From Oikopleura dioica (Eukaryota > Animalia > Chordata), in NCBI GenBank assembly GCA_907165135.1, contig OU015569.1:6064769-6128768 (forward strand): DNA of 64,000 nt, written 5' to 3'. Both the position numbers and the translations under genes were made by a program. The notes below the pieces were generated by a model. That model was not told the DNA's origin, ran no database searches, and saw nothing but the letters and a program-made list of their open reading frames with translations. Every line of letters begins with the position of its first letter. The first letter of the stretch is position 1. Below, in pieces: positions 11,667 to 25,198 of the stretch.

Positions 11667-14010
11667 ATTTTAGCACTGCGATTGCGGGGTGAAACGTGAG
11701 CTGTCAAGCGCAGGATCGTAAGGCTCGTAGGGTTCGAAGGGGTCGAATTCAGAGTCTGAGCACACTGAGAGATTGAGTTTTGCTTCAAGACTGTTATCCA
11801 GTAACGAACTGAGTCCAAGGTCCTGATAAGCGCCCGGATGGAAGTTTGGCTGATTCGTATTGCCAGGGTAGCCTTGTCCGGGGTGGTAGCCCGTACTCAT
11901 ATGACCACGGTAGGGATCGCTCCACTGTGCAGGATCAGCCGACGAGATGTTGGGCTGCGAGTTCTGCTGATGAATCATATGCTGAAAAAAAAACACTAGA
12001 GAATGTGTCCTTGCTGTGAGAGTATTTACCGGCTGCTGGTAAGAGTGAGCATGATGATCTTGTATTTTGGCGTGCTCATAATATTGCGCCCATTGGCTCG
12101 AGAGATTCTGCTGTTGCTGACTTCTGGGCTGTTGGTGAGGGTTGTTTCCAGTGTTCCAAGGTTGCCATCCGTTTGCTGGCTGGCCTCCATACATGGGATA
12201 CTGATTCCATCCTTGATTGACTGAATCTATTGGAGTTAAGCTTAAAAGCGGTCTTTTTGGTACCTGGATGCTGGTCGACTTGAGGCCACGGCCCGCCAAT
12301 ACCAGGCTGATTGCTTGGTGGAGGTGGACCGGGCGTGCCAGGATTCGGATGTAGCGAGAGATTATTCACTTGATTTGTCAACTGAGTAATCATTCCCTGA
12401 TTAGGAGTCTGAGGCATCTGATGCGTAGGAGTACCAGGGCCTGTATGCGAGTTCCCATGGATCTGCTAGGAATATATATGTAATTGAAAAAAGATATATT
12501 CTTACAAAATGATCCATGTTATGCGATGCTTGGCTATGCGTATTTGGCGGACCGATTCCAGCCTTATCTTGAATAAGTTTCTGGGCTTCTTGGATTTGTT
12601 GCTCCGTCCCACGGATGATAAAGGTCTTCCAATTATCACCCTTGTCGCTAGCATTTTTCTCGATTTGAACAAACGCTCCAGAGTTCTCCTTGATCAGGCG
12701 AATATTTTCGCCGCCTTTTCCAATGACGACGCCGGCCCGGCTAGCTGGAACAGGGTATTCGACACAGTGTTGTCCTTGCCTGAACAAGACTAATAAGAAG
12801 AAGGAGAGATGGTCATGCACTTACATGAAACTTGAATCACTGTTGCCATGGAGAGGTGGATGCTGCTCCTGCAATTTTTGGCGCGCAATTTCAGAGATTC
12901 TATCGTTCGCCATTTGACAAGCTTCAGGAGTGCCGCTGATAGAGCATGAGCGCACGTCCTGAGTGGGATCGTCGGTTTTAAACTGGATCCTCGTGTTTGT
13001 CTCGTTTTGAATTTTGGAAATATTCTCGCCACCTCTTCCAATGACAACTCCGACAGCGGCTTTGGGAACCTTAAAATCGAATTAACTTTCTAGAATCAAT
13101 CGTTAAGAATTTGTTTTTTTTCTTACTGGACTCTTACCGAAACTTCGATTGAATGGCCAACAGTTTTCGTATTTATGATTGATGTTGCTGGTTTGGAACC
13201 GTCTTTCTGAGCCATCAGATTCATAATGGCGCCTTTGGCCGCCTCAACCTAGAATATAACTACTCATATCATTGAATTACGAAGATTTTTTACCGCTTGC
13301 GGTGTCCCAATGATCTTCAACGGTTTTTCTTCTCGAGTGATTTCAGCTGACTCCTTTGGAGATCAATTAATAAATTGTCCTTCGCTCTTTCTCAAATGTA
13401 CCTGTACAAGGTGAAGCTTCACATTGAACTCCTGCATCAATTGCTTGAGCGTATTACCCCCTTTGCCAATGATGAGCCCACATTTATCTGGCGGTATCTG
13501 CATCTCAGTCTGCATCTAAATACGATTAGATAATAATAAGTTCGCTTATTTGACTACCTGTCCCTGGTGCTTGTTCTCCCCATGTCCATAACTCATCCCA
13601 TTTTCACGTGGTCCTCCCCTCGTTATAATTTCGTTCAGCTTCTGTTTTGCGTGATGAACTTGATGAAACGTACCGGTCAACGTACACGGTCTCTCACTTC
13701 CTCCAGTAGAATTGGGGACAATTTGAACGCGGCAACCGGTTTCTTGTTGAATCCGATTGATTTGCTAATAAAAAGAGCTAGAATGGTTTTAGTCAAATGT
13801 ACGTACCTCGCCATTCTTCCCGATGATCAGACCAACAAGTTGGTCTGGGACTGAGATGTTGTCCTGTATCTGCTGGGGGATAGGATGTGATTGCGGTGGG
13901 TTTAGACCATTCATACTCGAGTTCGCCGACGGGGTCACCACACCTTGAGCACCCGTTCTGAAAGTTTCCCGAGTAGTTACTTCGTTGAAAAGATTCACTC
14001 CGATCATCAG
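11667..14010 (-). CDS. KH-domain RNA-binding protein of the FUBP/KSRP family, with multiple KH domains and a Gln/Pro/Tyr/Gly-rich C-terminal tail.
   Basis: KH GXXG loops appear in several minus-strand exons (IGKGGENIRLIKENSGA, LIIGKNGE, VVIGRGGENI). The C-terminal ORF 11670-12299 has QWAQYYEHA / GYPGNTNQPNFHPGAYQ repeats like the FUBP C-terminus. Confidence 0.8.
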
Positions 14011-14449
14011 AGAGTAAAACCAAAGAATTGTTTTTAAAATTTTACTGACCTCCTAGTTTATTCTAGAAGATTTTAAGTGGCAGTTAAATGAGATTTTTTC
14101 GTTCTGTTAACATTCGATAAATTCATTCGTGGAACACAAGTAAGGAACTGTAGGTTCACAGGACAAAGACAAAGGGTGAATACTTACAGTAGCATTCATA
14201 AGATTGATAGAAGTTCATTCGATAACATTCACTTCTATCGAGCTAAGCCGATGTTTACGTTCTACTGAACCATATGAAATCATCAATGATAAAACACGAG
14301 CTTGGAATATAGAAAACCGCCTTTGACGATTTTCTTTTGAAATTTACAGAAGAAACTCGTCGTATATTGAAAATTGTTCATTTCATACAGTGCAGTTGCA
14401 GTCTGAGAGTAGTCAGGGTAGGGATAAATATATATATTTATATAGACAA

Positions 14450-15760
14450 TCTTTAATTATAACATTTTTTATTATTTGCGATTGGGTCTGGTCGCTCTCT
14501 CGAATAATGAATTGAGTTTTTTGAAATCTCGTCGAGCGTCCGACGGCGTTGGCGTTGTTGTGGACGGACGTCGCTCGATAGGGCAATCTCTAGACGAATT
14601 CGGCTCACTGATAGGGGATTGATTATCATTCGATTGATGTCTTTTAAGTGTTGCTTATCAGGCATAACTCTGCTTTGGATACAAAATGTTCTTAATCCCT
14701 GACAAAACATAGAGAAAGAAGGATTTTCAACATCCTCTGTTTCAGAAAAGTCCTCATCTGATGAAGCATAATCCGCCGAAACGATACCAAGAGTTGGACC
14801 GCTGGTAACTTGACTTCCACTGAAGCCTGTGTTGAGTACAGTTGCGCTCGCTAAATTGCTCTCTAAGAAAGTGTAATAATAGGAATAACCTACGTTTTTT
14901 ACGCTTGGGATCATCATAAGGCGAAGGGTGGGCCTCAGGATTCAAAAGTTCTGGAGGTAAAGATCTCTTCGCTGCGTACGGATTTCTGAAATTCGTAAGG
15001 TAAATTTTCATAGAAGATGATTACTTTGTTGTCCGTGACACCTCAGCACCCCAGCTAAAGACGTCCTCAGTTTCTGTTTTCATTTTAGACGAGTTTTCTG
15101 CCTCTTTCTTTCCCTTTGCGCCAGTAAGGACGATAGAAGCTCGAGGCGAATTAGAGCTTTTGGTGAAACTCGCGGGGTCGACCTTACAAAGAGAACTTAC
15201 GGTTCGGTTTCACTTTGGGGTTTACCTTTTTGACGAACGCATGATCAACCCCGATAACACCATCTGTGTCTGGTTGCACACTGTGAAGTGTATGCTGAGT
15301 TTTTGAGTTTGCTTCCTTTTCGGGACCGATGCAGTAAGTCCTTTTTGTACCTCGCGTGATGGTAGATCGGTTACTCGCAAATGTGACCTTGTAATCTTGC
15401 CCTACGAATCTTATATGGGAAATATATATGGGATGAAATTATACCGGTAGGTCTATCCAGGTCACCAGTGCTATTCTTTCGCTCTTCATATTGCTTGACG
15501 GCAAGAGGCATTTGGGCCCCGGGAAGAGTAATCCGCATATTTAATTTTTCAATGGATTTGGAAACATCGTCGCATGAGCGGAGGTTAATGATCGCTGCGC
15601 AACGGGTCTCTCCAGTAGCCGTTCGTAACAGCTTCACCTTTTTTGTAGCTATTCCGATGCCATTGAACAGATCTAACAAGATTTTATGCAACAAGTGGGA
15701 ACCAATAAAGACCTTTAATTGTTGACTCCCTAAAGTCGACAGGAAGTCCACAAATATAGA
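14450..15760 (-). CDS. RRM-type RNA-binding protein, possibly CELF/Bruno-like. The gene model is uncertain.
   Basis: An RNP-like DLSVYICGLPVDF sits at the start. A second RRM-like exon reads KVFIGSHLL...ETRCAAIINLRSCDDVSKSIEKLNMRITLPGAQMPLAVKQYEERK, resembling the CELF RRM2 ...LPGASSSLVVKFAD. The 5-prime boundary is in frame with the upstream NAF1 ORF. Confidence 0.35.
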
Positions 15761-15769
15761 CCGACAAAT

Positions 15770-16807
15770 CTGGGTCTATATCTTTCTTCTTCGGTTGCTT
15801 TTCGACTTGTTCACCACGCTTAGCCCTCGCAGCGGCTTTCCTTTCGGCCTTAGATTTTTGTTCCGCTTCGTCGTCAGAATGGTCAAGAAACTTAGTGGGA
15901 CATTCCTCGTCGTCTTGCCATGAAGCATCACAACCTTTTTGCCTTTTGAGCATCTCGACTTGGACTTTTACAGCGAACTCATGGGCGAAATAAATTTCAT
16001 CACCGACCTGCAAATTGAAAGAATTGACATAATCCTTGGACTTGAATCGGATGGAGTGGAAAGGACTTTTGACGGGACCAAATGTCTCGAACAGGACCCC
16101 AATAGGAATTCGATCTTTACGGAAAACCACAGACCCCTGATCAAGAGGCTGTCCAGAGGTGTTTGTTGAAGCAACGATCGCCAAAATCGATGGCTCGAAC
16201 ATGATGCTTGAAATATGCCCTAATAACTCGATCTTGGCACAGTCGGGGATCGTCATGCCGGAGACATCAGGGATGGGAGGGAGCTCGGAGGGCTTCAAGT
16301 CATGCTTAAAATTTCTTAATAAATCTTTCAGAAAACACTTAGATTTACTTTCCCACAGGGAGAGGCAAAAGCATTTTTTTCTTCTGGGGTAAGAGTTTCC
16401 CGAACTTTCTCGACTTTGGGCCGGAACTCTGCGACCATTTTTTCATAGTCTTCATCCTCAGATGACGAAGAGCTAGCATCTCCAGGTTTTATCTCCTGCT
16501 CAGAAATCTGATCGCAGGCCCGAGGAGTGATTGCCACAGGAATATACTCGTCAGATGTTACATTTTCATTCTTATTCTCCAAAACTGGGACGTACTCTTC
16601 TTTCTCGTACGTTTCGTAGCCCGCGACGAAAGCAGGAGCATATTGCTGGTCATCCCATTCGTCAAACTCATCCGGTTCCCCTCGTCCCATGTCATGCTCT
16701 TCCATTTCACGGAGAGCTTTTTCGAATTCATACGCTTCTTTTGGGTCTAACATCGGGTGCTTTCTTTCATTTTTGCCCTTCGTAGAGTCGTCCGAGACGC
16801 TACTCAT
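15770..16807 (-). CDS. NAF1: H/ACA snoRNP assembly factor NAF1 (Gar1-like domain).
   Basis: ORF 15684-16298 reads SSIMFEPSILAIVASTNTSGQPLDQGSVVF...GVLFETFGPVKSPFHSIRFKS...YFAHEF...DASWQDDEE, matching the NAF1 core. The acidic N-terminus is ORF 16328-16807, with ATG at 16807. Confidence 0.7.
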
Positions 16808-17209
16808 AGTCTGAAGAAAGTCTAGATAGATGGGATTGATTATGTACTTTTATTAGCAGTTATTTAATTAGCATAAGAAGGTATGATATAATTACAACAT
16901 TAAAGCACTAAATTGCCAAATACGGATTGATAAGCTGGATTGCGTTTTTGGTGTAGCGGTCAATGATTAATGCTGAGATGTTACTTGAGTCGGAAATCAG
17001 TAGCTGCAACAAAGAAGCAAACGTCGAAAAATAGCTCTAATAAAATATGAAGGCGTCGACAATGCACTTTTTATTATTTTTCATAGATTATATTGGACAA
17101 GCACAGGTTGAAATCACTCGAGAAGGAATAATTATGTCGAGAAGACGACTCTGCAAAGATAGAGCCTGTGTTGAGGTTTTCGTATAAGAATGATGCTATC
17201 TAGTTGAGT

Positions 17210-18772
17210 GGAACAAGCACTGTCACGTAGTTTATCGGGAAGAAACCAGTCTTTCCATTTATTTCACCTTCGAACCAATTCTCATCTAAAAGTGTGTAAA
17301 ATTTCCCGACATAGCGGCAAATTTTATTACCAATTTGACTAGTCAAATGAATTATATCGCCTTCAGCAAATTCTAGCTCCCCTGGATTTTCGGGCTCGAA
17401 ATCGTACAGTGCTACAATAGGGATAAGAACGAGACGTTATTTTTTAAGAGACTACCTCTACAAGAAGGCTTTCTAGGAGCATTGCTCGGCGTCCTTGCCG
17501 GTGCAACTGGCTGGTGTTGTTTCAAGGCCGATGTTTCGAATGGATCGCGCTGAGATGTCGATATAGGATCACGCTAGAGTATAAAGAAAATCTTTTACGG
17601 GACAGACAATACCTTGAGAGTGATGTTGGCCATTTGCTGGACAGGTGCACTGGAAATTGAGGATTGTCTTTGGTTGAGTTGCTGCAAGACTGGTCTTAGC
17701 GTTTCCGCACACTTAGCTAAATATTCAATTTTCTAATTAAATCGGTCTTTTTACCTCTTCGTGGAAGGTGATGAGGGACTGGACAAAGTGGCTTAGCTGG
17801 GCAACTTGTTCGATGTCATTACTAATAAAAGTAATACAGGTAAAGTGATAAAAACAAATCAGTACCTCAATAAATTATGCATAGAAGTTCCTGCGATTTG
17901 AATTGACTCTTCTAATTTTTCGTAGCTTTGCGTGACTTGCTCTTCGGTGACACCTTTTGTTCCCTGTTTCAATTTTCCTCTACGATAATCGTAATCAAGT
18001 CTCCTTCCGTGTAACTTCTCTCGCTGCTTTTTAATTTCTTTTATGTCTTTATCAACAAGCATTTGAAGCGGATCTAAATACTGTTATTAATTTTAGCTAA
18101 TTTGATGAGATTACCTAGGAATTCAGCTTTAGCGTTGTCGTCAAGTTGATTTTTGGCGTCGGCAAGTTGACTCATCGCCTCTCCGACAACGGTGAGTGCG
18201 TTTCCGAAGTTTGACTCTGTTAGCTCCAGCCCCGCACGGCGCATCATCTTGCCCATCTTCTCTTCTAGCTGCTCAGGGCGCTGTCTATTTCCGTGAGTAA
18301 TTTTGGAGTAACTAGTTCCAGTCATAAGATGGCCGCGCATGTTACGCCAGGGATGCACAGTCGAATGATGCACCTAGTCCTTACGGAGCACCGTTGGACA
18401 CCGAAAAGAGCCGCCACTACAATTCGAGTAGCGGCCCGCACCAAATACTCACTTAGAATCGAATCCCTTTCTTGAATTGGGCTGCAAGTACTCTCTCGCT
18501 AAGGCAAGCAGCTCAACAGTCGACTTTTGCGTCACGTCCATTTTCCTCTCCATTTCCTAAGAACAGATATAGGACCGAGAAAGCGTTAAGACTTGTTCAC
18601 CTTGAATGCTGGGTCCATTTCGGTTCTGCTCGGAGGGATCAACAAAAAATAGAAAAATTAGCTAGCTAAACACTATAAACATGGCAGAATGCAATTGTTG
18701 ACCCAGCAAGGTTATCGGCATTTCCAACTTTTTCTGTCAGCGCCTGACTCGCTTTTCCGAACGTTTTCTTTA
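17210..18772 (-). CDS. Endophilin A (N-BAR domain plus C-terminal SH3).
   Basis: [13 protein letters not shown]...EMERKMDVT...ESNFGNAL...[12 protein letters not shown]...TSMHNLL matches endophilin. The SH3 reads [27 protein letters not shown]...[21 protein letters not shown] and ends VPLN-stop at about 17210. Confidence 0.9.
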
Positions 18773-19371
18773 GGCCGTCCATCACGCGTCTAGGTTTAAG
18801 CCGTTTTTTAGTATAATCATCTTATATTGGTCGACATTTGCCAAATAAATATTTTCGTCTGTCTTTCAGACGCCCGAAAATTAAGAGCTTTAAATTTGCA
18901 ACCAAATAACCTGTCCGCTAAGGAAGGATTTTTAATCGACAATTTAATGCATTACAACTGCATTAAAAATCCTGTTTAACTAATCTTAGGCCCGTTTTTA
19001 TCGACTTCTCTGAACATCGACTCGACAAAAAAAATAAGCGATTTTCGGAGAAGATGGGCAACTGGGAAACATGGTGAAAAAAAGATTCGACTCAATAAAG
19101 GAATTTATTTTTAGCGAAAGGAAAAAGTGATGCATTCGGATAATCAAGTAATTATCAAAAAGAAAAGGTGCGTAAATGATTACTTGGAGAAAAAGGCTGA
19201 GAGCGAGATTGTTATTGGGAAGATCAGTTTCTGTTTACAGTAGTATTGAAGGTTATCGCGCAAGATTGAAGAATTCTGGATAGGGAAGAAGTAAGGAACA
19301 GTAGTAACAGTGGTGCTTACAAACTACGGGGATTATATCTATACAGTGGAAAGAAAGAGGATTGAATGTCT

Positions 19372-20742
19372 TTAAGGCAAAACAGGAGACGCATATGTTG
19401 AAGGGAAGTGACCCTTTTCGCCACTAGCGGTCACTCCTTCGCACCAGCCTATAAACGAAGTAAAAATAAATTTTCAGGTAAAGATGAACCTTGTTCGTCG
19501 GCGGCGCTGAGCTTCATAAACTCCATTCCAGCGGTCAGTTTTAACTCGCCCCCAGATTTTGGTTCATAATCGTAAAGAGCGTAGACTTTCTGGGTAGAAG
19601 AACCATCGAAGCTCTCGCGGCGCACTTCCGTGCCCGATGTTTTTCGAACAGGCTCGATTCCAGGGTCGTCAATTTTGATACTAAAAGTCAGTTCGTTGTT
19701 TTAATTCCGCATTTGTTTTTAACCTTTTGGTGCTCTTGATTGTTCCGTTGTTATTGTTTCCGTTGGCGTTAACGGCTGAATTCTTGTTTTCTTCCGGCTC
19801 GAAGTCAGGAAGAACCAGATCTTTGCCAAAGTTGACTTTTACGTTCCAAGTCTCCAGATCTGCGGCAATGTTGATGCTGTTAATCGCATCGTTGCCCATC
19901 CTCGTCTGTTCCGCCAGTTTTTGGTCGTACTTGGACAAATCGGTGATGCTCACGTAATCTCGGAACAGCGAGGAGAGGAACTCAATTTTCTTTTGAGCGT
20001 ACATTTGCGATCGCTTGTGGATTCTCGTCATTTCCGCCACGTAAATAGGTGCCATTTGCTCCACTTCCACCAGGAGGTTTTTGTACTTTTCCTCCGATAC
20101 CTTCAAGTCGGCAGTCTTTGCTTCCGATTCTGCCGAATCACTTGTTGCTTTCTGGGCGACAAGTTTGTGATAGTGTTTCTTTTGGGCTGCGAGTTTTTCG
20201 TTCACTTTATTCCACTTCTTTTGCGCTTTGGCGAAATCCTTCTCGAGATCTTCAAATTCCTTGTATCCGCCAAAGACTTTCGGCTTGTAGGTGTTCTTTT
20301 TCCATTCGTTAGTCTTAATCATAATTAAATATTAATTCCCCTCAATTAGAATAACAGTGGCGCGGTGGTATTTACCTCGGTAACGCATTGGTTCACCAAA
20401 GCCCTTGACATATGTTCGTGAATCCTGATGACAGGCTGCGTCGTCTCCAAAATCTGTTCACAGGCGCCCTGATGAGTACCGTACAGAGATGTCTTCTTGA
20501 ACTGAGCCGAGTAACTGTCCCTCCACTTTGTCAACTTCTTAGCGTACTCGGCCTCAATCACGGACCGCTCTTGAATGCACTTGGCAAAAAGAGCTGCATG
20601 TTCAATGTCTCCATTTATTCTGAATCACAAAGCGTCAGAGCAAAACTACAAATGAGGGTCACCTGTCCAAATCAGCCTTATAGCCACCGTTCTCCCAGAA
20701 ATTGACAGGCTGAGGCTCTTTCGACTTTTCCTTGACCGACAT
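19372..20742 (-). CDS. PACSIN/syndapin (F-BAR domain plus C-terminal SH3).
   Basis: The N-terminus reads MSVKEKSKEPQPVNFWENGGYKADLDR, then ...RSVIEAEYAKKLTKW..., then the F-BAR ORF 19681-20322. The SH3 reads YALYDYEPKSGGELKLTAGMEF...GWCEGVTASGEKGHFPSTYA. Confidence 0.9.
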
Positions 20743-21151
20743 GTTCTTTAAATATTTGCGTTAAAGTTGAAGGAATGTTTCGGGTGTATCTTTGATGCAC
20801 ATTGGGAGCCTCCTGTTAAGTTCTAGCGAGTTTTTGTTCAACAGTAATGCTCATCAATAAGATCATTTCGGAAGGGGATCAGTGGACATAAAAAGGAACT
20901 GAATGCGATGCGCTAAAAGGTACATAAATTATGACAATTCTAATTGGTATTTAGAAGAAGAATGAAGAAGAGGTCGCTGAGAGGAGATAATTCTGAGAGG
21001 AGGTCATTGTGTTGAAAGAATAAACGTGACATTAGTTAAAATGAGGCAAAAAGGTAGAAAAACAAATGCTGCGTCGATCACTTTTTTGACTCCGGCGCTT
21101 TCAGGATTTCGTCATTTTGTTCGGACAGTGAGAAACTGCGATTCGTACTTC

Positions 21152-22320
21152 CCATCACCTTCGAGCGGCAATCTCTTGTAGTTCCATTATCTGGCTTTTT
21201 AAATTTTGATCTGAAAAGCTGGTTTTCGCATAAAATTTAATATGACATTCAAATCGCTGACGCGTTGTATGCTTTGCTGGCGTACCTGCACCAATTTGTA
21301 ACGCTGGCGAGGCCGTTTGTGAAAGATTGCTTTCCCTTCGGACGCGCATCTTTCGTAGAGGCACTAGCCACCCAGCCCGCTGGCGAGTTTGAGTTCTCGT
21401 CTATTGGAAGAAATCCGAAGCTAGAGCTTGAGCCCGATTCCGAGGAACTAATCGTGGGCCCGCCAAAGCCCGCATCGTTGCCTAATGATCCAGCCTGGAA
21501 TGGGGACAGGAACACATGCGTCGGACTGGGCGAACGATCCGATGATCTACGGCCACGTGAGCGTCTACTGCGCGACCTCGTTTGAAAGATTTCGTTTTTC
21601 TGAAGCTGCCGTGCGAGATGTGCATCTTCTGAAATAATTAACAATCATGATCGAAGAACATGATTAAAAAACCTTCTATTTGAGTGATTTCTCGATGATT
21701 GGCATGTCGACCGAAGGAGTTCGTCTCCCCTGAATTCCTAGCGCGAAGATATCGAATTGAAGGGGAAGGAATCGAAGGGGGTGCCGCAGGTAGTCGATTT
21801 CCTATGATAGGCGGTCGTAAACGCTCACTGAATTTATTAATGAGTGAGTAAGCAATGAGAGACAAGCTGGAATGCACCTTTCCACGGGAGGACATTGAAG
21901 GGCCTCTCGATATGAGGGAAGCCTCGGGGATCTACTAACTAATCGTCGCTGCACAGAGTCATCGGGTACTTCTGTCAAGTCTTCGCTTACTTCAAATAAG
22001 GGAACGAATCTCTCTTCGTCAGATGAAATCGCCAGTAGCATCTCCATTGTTGATTCTACATCACCATCATTGCGCCGCTTTATGTGGGATATAAATTTTG
22101 CTTTCGTCAGAGACAGAGAGTGGATAATAAGTAGAAATCAAATAACTATTTTTATCCCTTGTCAATATTTTTTCAATTCCTTCGGGAGATATTTTCGGAA
22201 ACATTTGGCTGAACTGTTCTATCGCCTTGTCATACTCCAAAACGTTCTCAATCACCATTCTATTAAAATTTAAATTAAGACTTCTCAAACAAGCTAATTT
22301 CTTTAGACCCATCAAAGATT
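21152..22320 (-). CDS. Possible CUE-domain protein (AIEQFSQMFPKISPEGIEKIL motif) with an RS-rich region. The identification is weak.
   Basis: ORFs 22067-22315, 21802-22047 and 21249-21644 run consecutively on the minus strand. The MFP motif is typical of CUE domains. Confidence 0.35.
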
Positions 22321-23151
22321 TGTTAATTATCGTGGAAATATTTGCTATTCTAATCAGAGCGCATATAAATCACTCTTTATTTGCCCCCGAGGATTTTTAT
22401 TTTGAAAAATAAATCGAAGAGTCATTTTTTATCAAAGTCTTCAAAGTCGTTTATTCAAGTGGTTGTCTTATGAGCTAATGTGAAAATTGACAAAAGCGCT
22501 TATAAGCTAAAACACTAGAAGCGCTGTGTAATACTACATTAGAATTACGCTGTTTTTAACGGTTGAGGTGACTTGGAACATGTTAAAAGAATAAAATCGT
22601 CGTGAGAGTTAGTATTACCAAAAAAAGTAGCGTTTGTTCAACAGGAAATTAAAACGGGGTTCCTGACTTTCACTCTGATTGTTAATGCTCACTTTCAGTA
22701 AGCATCTTTTAATAAACAACGGTTTCAGTTATGAAATAGGTAAATGTAAAATGAGGTTATTTTCTGTTGAAAGAAATGCTGAACCCAAAAAAGGAAAGAA
22801 CACAATGTTAAGGGTGCGAGAAGCTGGAGGAAGGGAAGGTCGGTTACAGGTGATAGGAGAAAGCTGTACAAAAGGAAGAAAGTGAATGAAGACTTTTCGT
22901 ATTTCAGTGGTGATTCTTCAAGACTTGCTAGAGGGTAAGAGCCTTTTAGCCAAGGTGAAAAGGTAATTAGTATCAATAAAGCAGAAAGAGGCTTTGCGAT
23001 GAAGTAAATGGATATAATTTAGAAATAAAGCGGTGTTAAATATTAAGGATAAAAAGCTAGAACAATGTGAGAAAAAGGCATTTTGATGGCACGAGGGGTA
23101 GAAGCAATACTTTCAGTCTTCTTTGAGTTCTGCAGCGGTGTCGTAGCGAAT

Positions 23152-24225
23152 ATCTTAAAGGTCAAAAACGGAAATGGCGATGACACTCTTACCTGTGGCA
23201 TATTCGCCAGCAGACTTCTTCCAGCCTCCGAGAAAATCGGTTTTTATTAATCGGTAGGCAAAGACGGCAATCATCAGGTTGAGAATATTAATGGAGATGA
23301 AAACGAGTGTCGTGTTGAAAGGGTGCTCGGGATCGTTCAAGAACTTCCAAGTGTGGGCTGTGATGCGAGTGTGGAAGATCAAACGCACTCCACCGTAGCA
23401 CAAAAGGTTCAACCATCGGAAGTTTGAGTAGAAGCTGAAATTGGAAGGAATATAAACTTTGCCATTTTCAATTATTCGAACCTGGAGTTTTTAGGGTTGC
23501 GGCCAGACATTTTCAAAATCATTCTTATATGAAGAGTAATGTTAGCTAGTTCGACGGCCAGTCCAACTGCAATTCCACCAACAAGCGCTTTGTGGTGGCC
23601 CAAGTAGAACAAGTGACCTTAAAGTTTAAACAGCTCGATTGGAACTCTTGAAAGCCTTCATTCTCACCGAACACAATTGCGTGGTGGACCAACAGATCAA
23701 GTGATTTCGAGAAGCCAGCTCCTTTGATCATGTCTATGGCATCGTAAAGGAAGTACCCAAAGGAGCAGCATGCCATTCGCATCACACTTTGATCGTAATT
23801 GTTCAGATCTCTGAAGAGCGCGGGGTTTCGAATCAGAAGCACGACTGCCCAAACGCCTAGAAAGAGTTGTTGATTCTAGCTACTGGCTCTATCTTATTTG
23901 TATACTAACCTACTAAGATAGCATGAATAAGCGAGGTCCGTGTATTCTCAAACTTCCATTTTCTTATGGGATCAACTTCTGCTTGAATCTTTCTTGGAGT
24001 ATGTTTGACGCCTATTTTTGTGATGCGAAGCCTATTTTTGTTTGCTGTTTTCAACAAAGAGTTCGTGATCACTTCCCTAGAGTAGCCATAATATGATGAA
24101 AATTTCTCGCGATGTAGATCCAAATCAAGAACCACATTATAGTTAGGCCAAACATGTTCGCTACTTTTCGATTCTATTCGTGTCTTAATGATCGAAGTGT
24201 CAGATGCTTTTGTAGAGAAAATCAT
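23152..24225 (-). CDS. TLC (TRAM/LAG1/CLN8) domain-containing membrane protein.
   Basis: Three minus-strand ORFs (23905-24225, 23546-23842, 23155-23412) carry TM segments, and ...SFGYFLYDAIDMIKGAGFSKSLDLLVHHAIV... is typical of TLC-domain proteins. Confidence 0.55.
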
Positions 24226-24546
24226 TTTAGTCGAGTAATAGAATAAGTGAAAATAATTTTTTTGTTAACGTCACGGGTAATCAAAAAATAAACTCAAGAG
24301 AAATGTGAACGAATTTCCGCGGAGAATCGATTAACTGCTGAAGAAGTGCTAGAAGTTTGACATGTGGTGGCATTGAAGAGAGTATGAGAGAATGTCAATT
24401 ATTGCAGATTTGGGAGTTCCTATAAAATTACAGTTCTTTGAATTGGTGAAACGGGGTGAATACGGAATCGAACTTGGACAGTATTTTTTCAATATCTCTT
24501 TTTAATTTTAGAAGCTTGAGAACATGGCGAAGTCAGTGTTGCATTT

Positions 24547-25102
24547 TTACATGTAGCAAGAGCCCTCTGGCGGCTGCTTGAGCTTGAAAACAGTTCTATC
24601 AGTCATTTGTCGCCGAACTTCAGTCAGGACAGTCTTCATGGTGTAACTCGCATGCCAAGGTCGCAGGGAGCTCATTTTGCTGATGTCTAAGACAATTTCA
24701 AACTGTTTTCTAAGAGATTCAGTGGATTATTACCAATGCTGCCGTTATTTTGATTGACACAGGGGAGGTTTATACGGTTGACGAAGGTGACAACCGGAGC
24801 TTGTGAAGGGTAGTTTTTGCCACAATGAATTCTAAGACTCTAAGAAAAGCAATCAGAAAAAAGGAGGATTGTTGGACTCACATAAATTCTATTTTCGAAT
24901 GGCGTTTTAGCTGGACCTAAAATTGTTCCATTCCAGTCTGTTAAAGTCATGTCATCATCATCTTGGAGTCCCCAGCTACAAAAAAATTGAAATAATAATC
25001 TAAAGCGTCTACCTACCTGACAGTTCCGTCGCTGCTTCCTCCTTTCTGACCCTCTTCAAGCTCCTCTAGGAGTCGAAAGTTCCGAGGGACAGTACACGAC
25101 AT
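24547..25102 (-). CDS. UBE2V: Ubiquitin-conjugating enzyme E2 variant (UEV/MMS2).
   Basis: [57 protein letters not shown]...[23 protein letters not shown]...[35 protein letters not shown] is near-identical in pattern to UEV1/MMS2. Three exons join through GT..AG introns. Confidence 0.9.
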
Positions 25103-25198
25103 ATACAAGAGCTCTTGGTGGTTAATGATTAGTTGAAAATGGTTGTCGAAAATTGAATTTGAATATAGAAATAGTGAAGTGAGAGAAGAGAAGAGAAT

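Noticed and set aside
24600-24700. First attempt to place the MAEA RING exon here
   Set aside because: Translation showed this region instead encodes the C-terminal exon of the UEV gene. The MAEA C-terminal exons are at 25199-25700.
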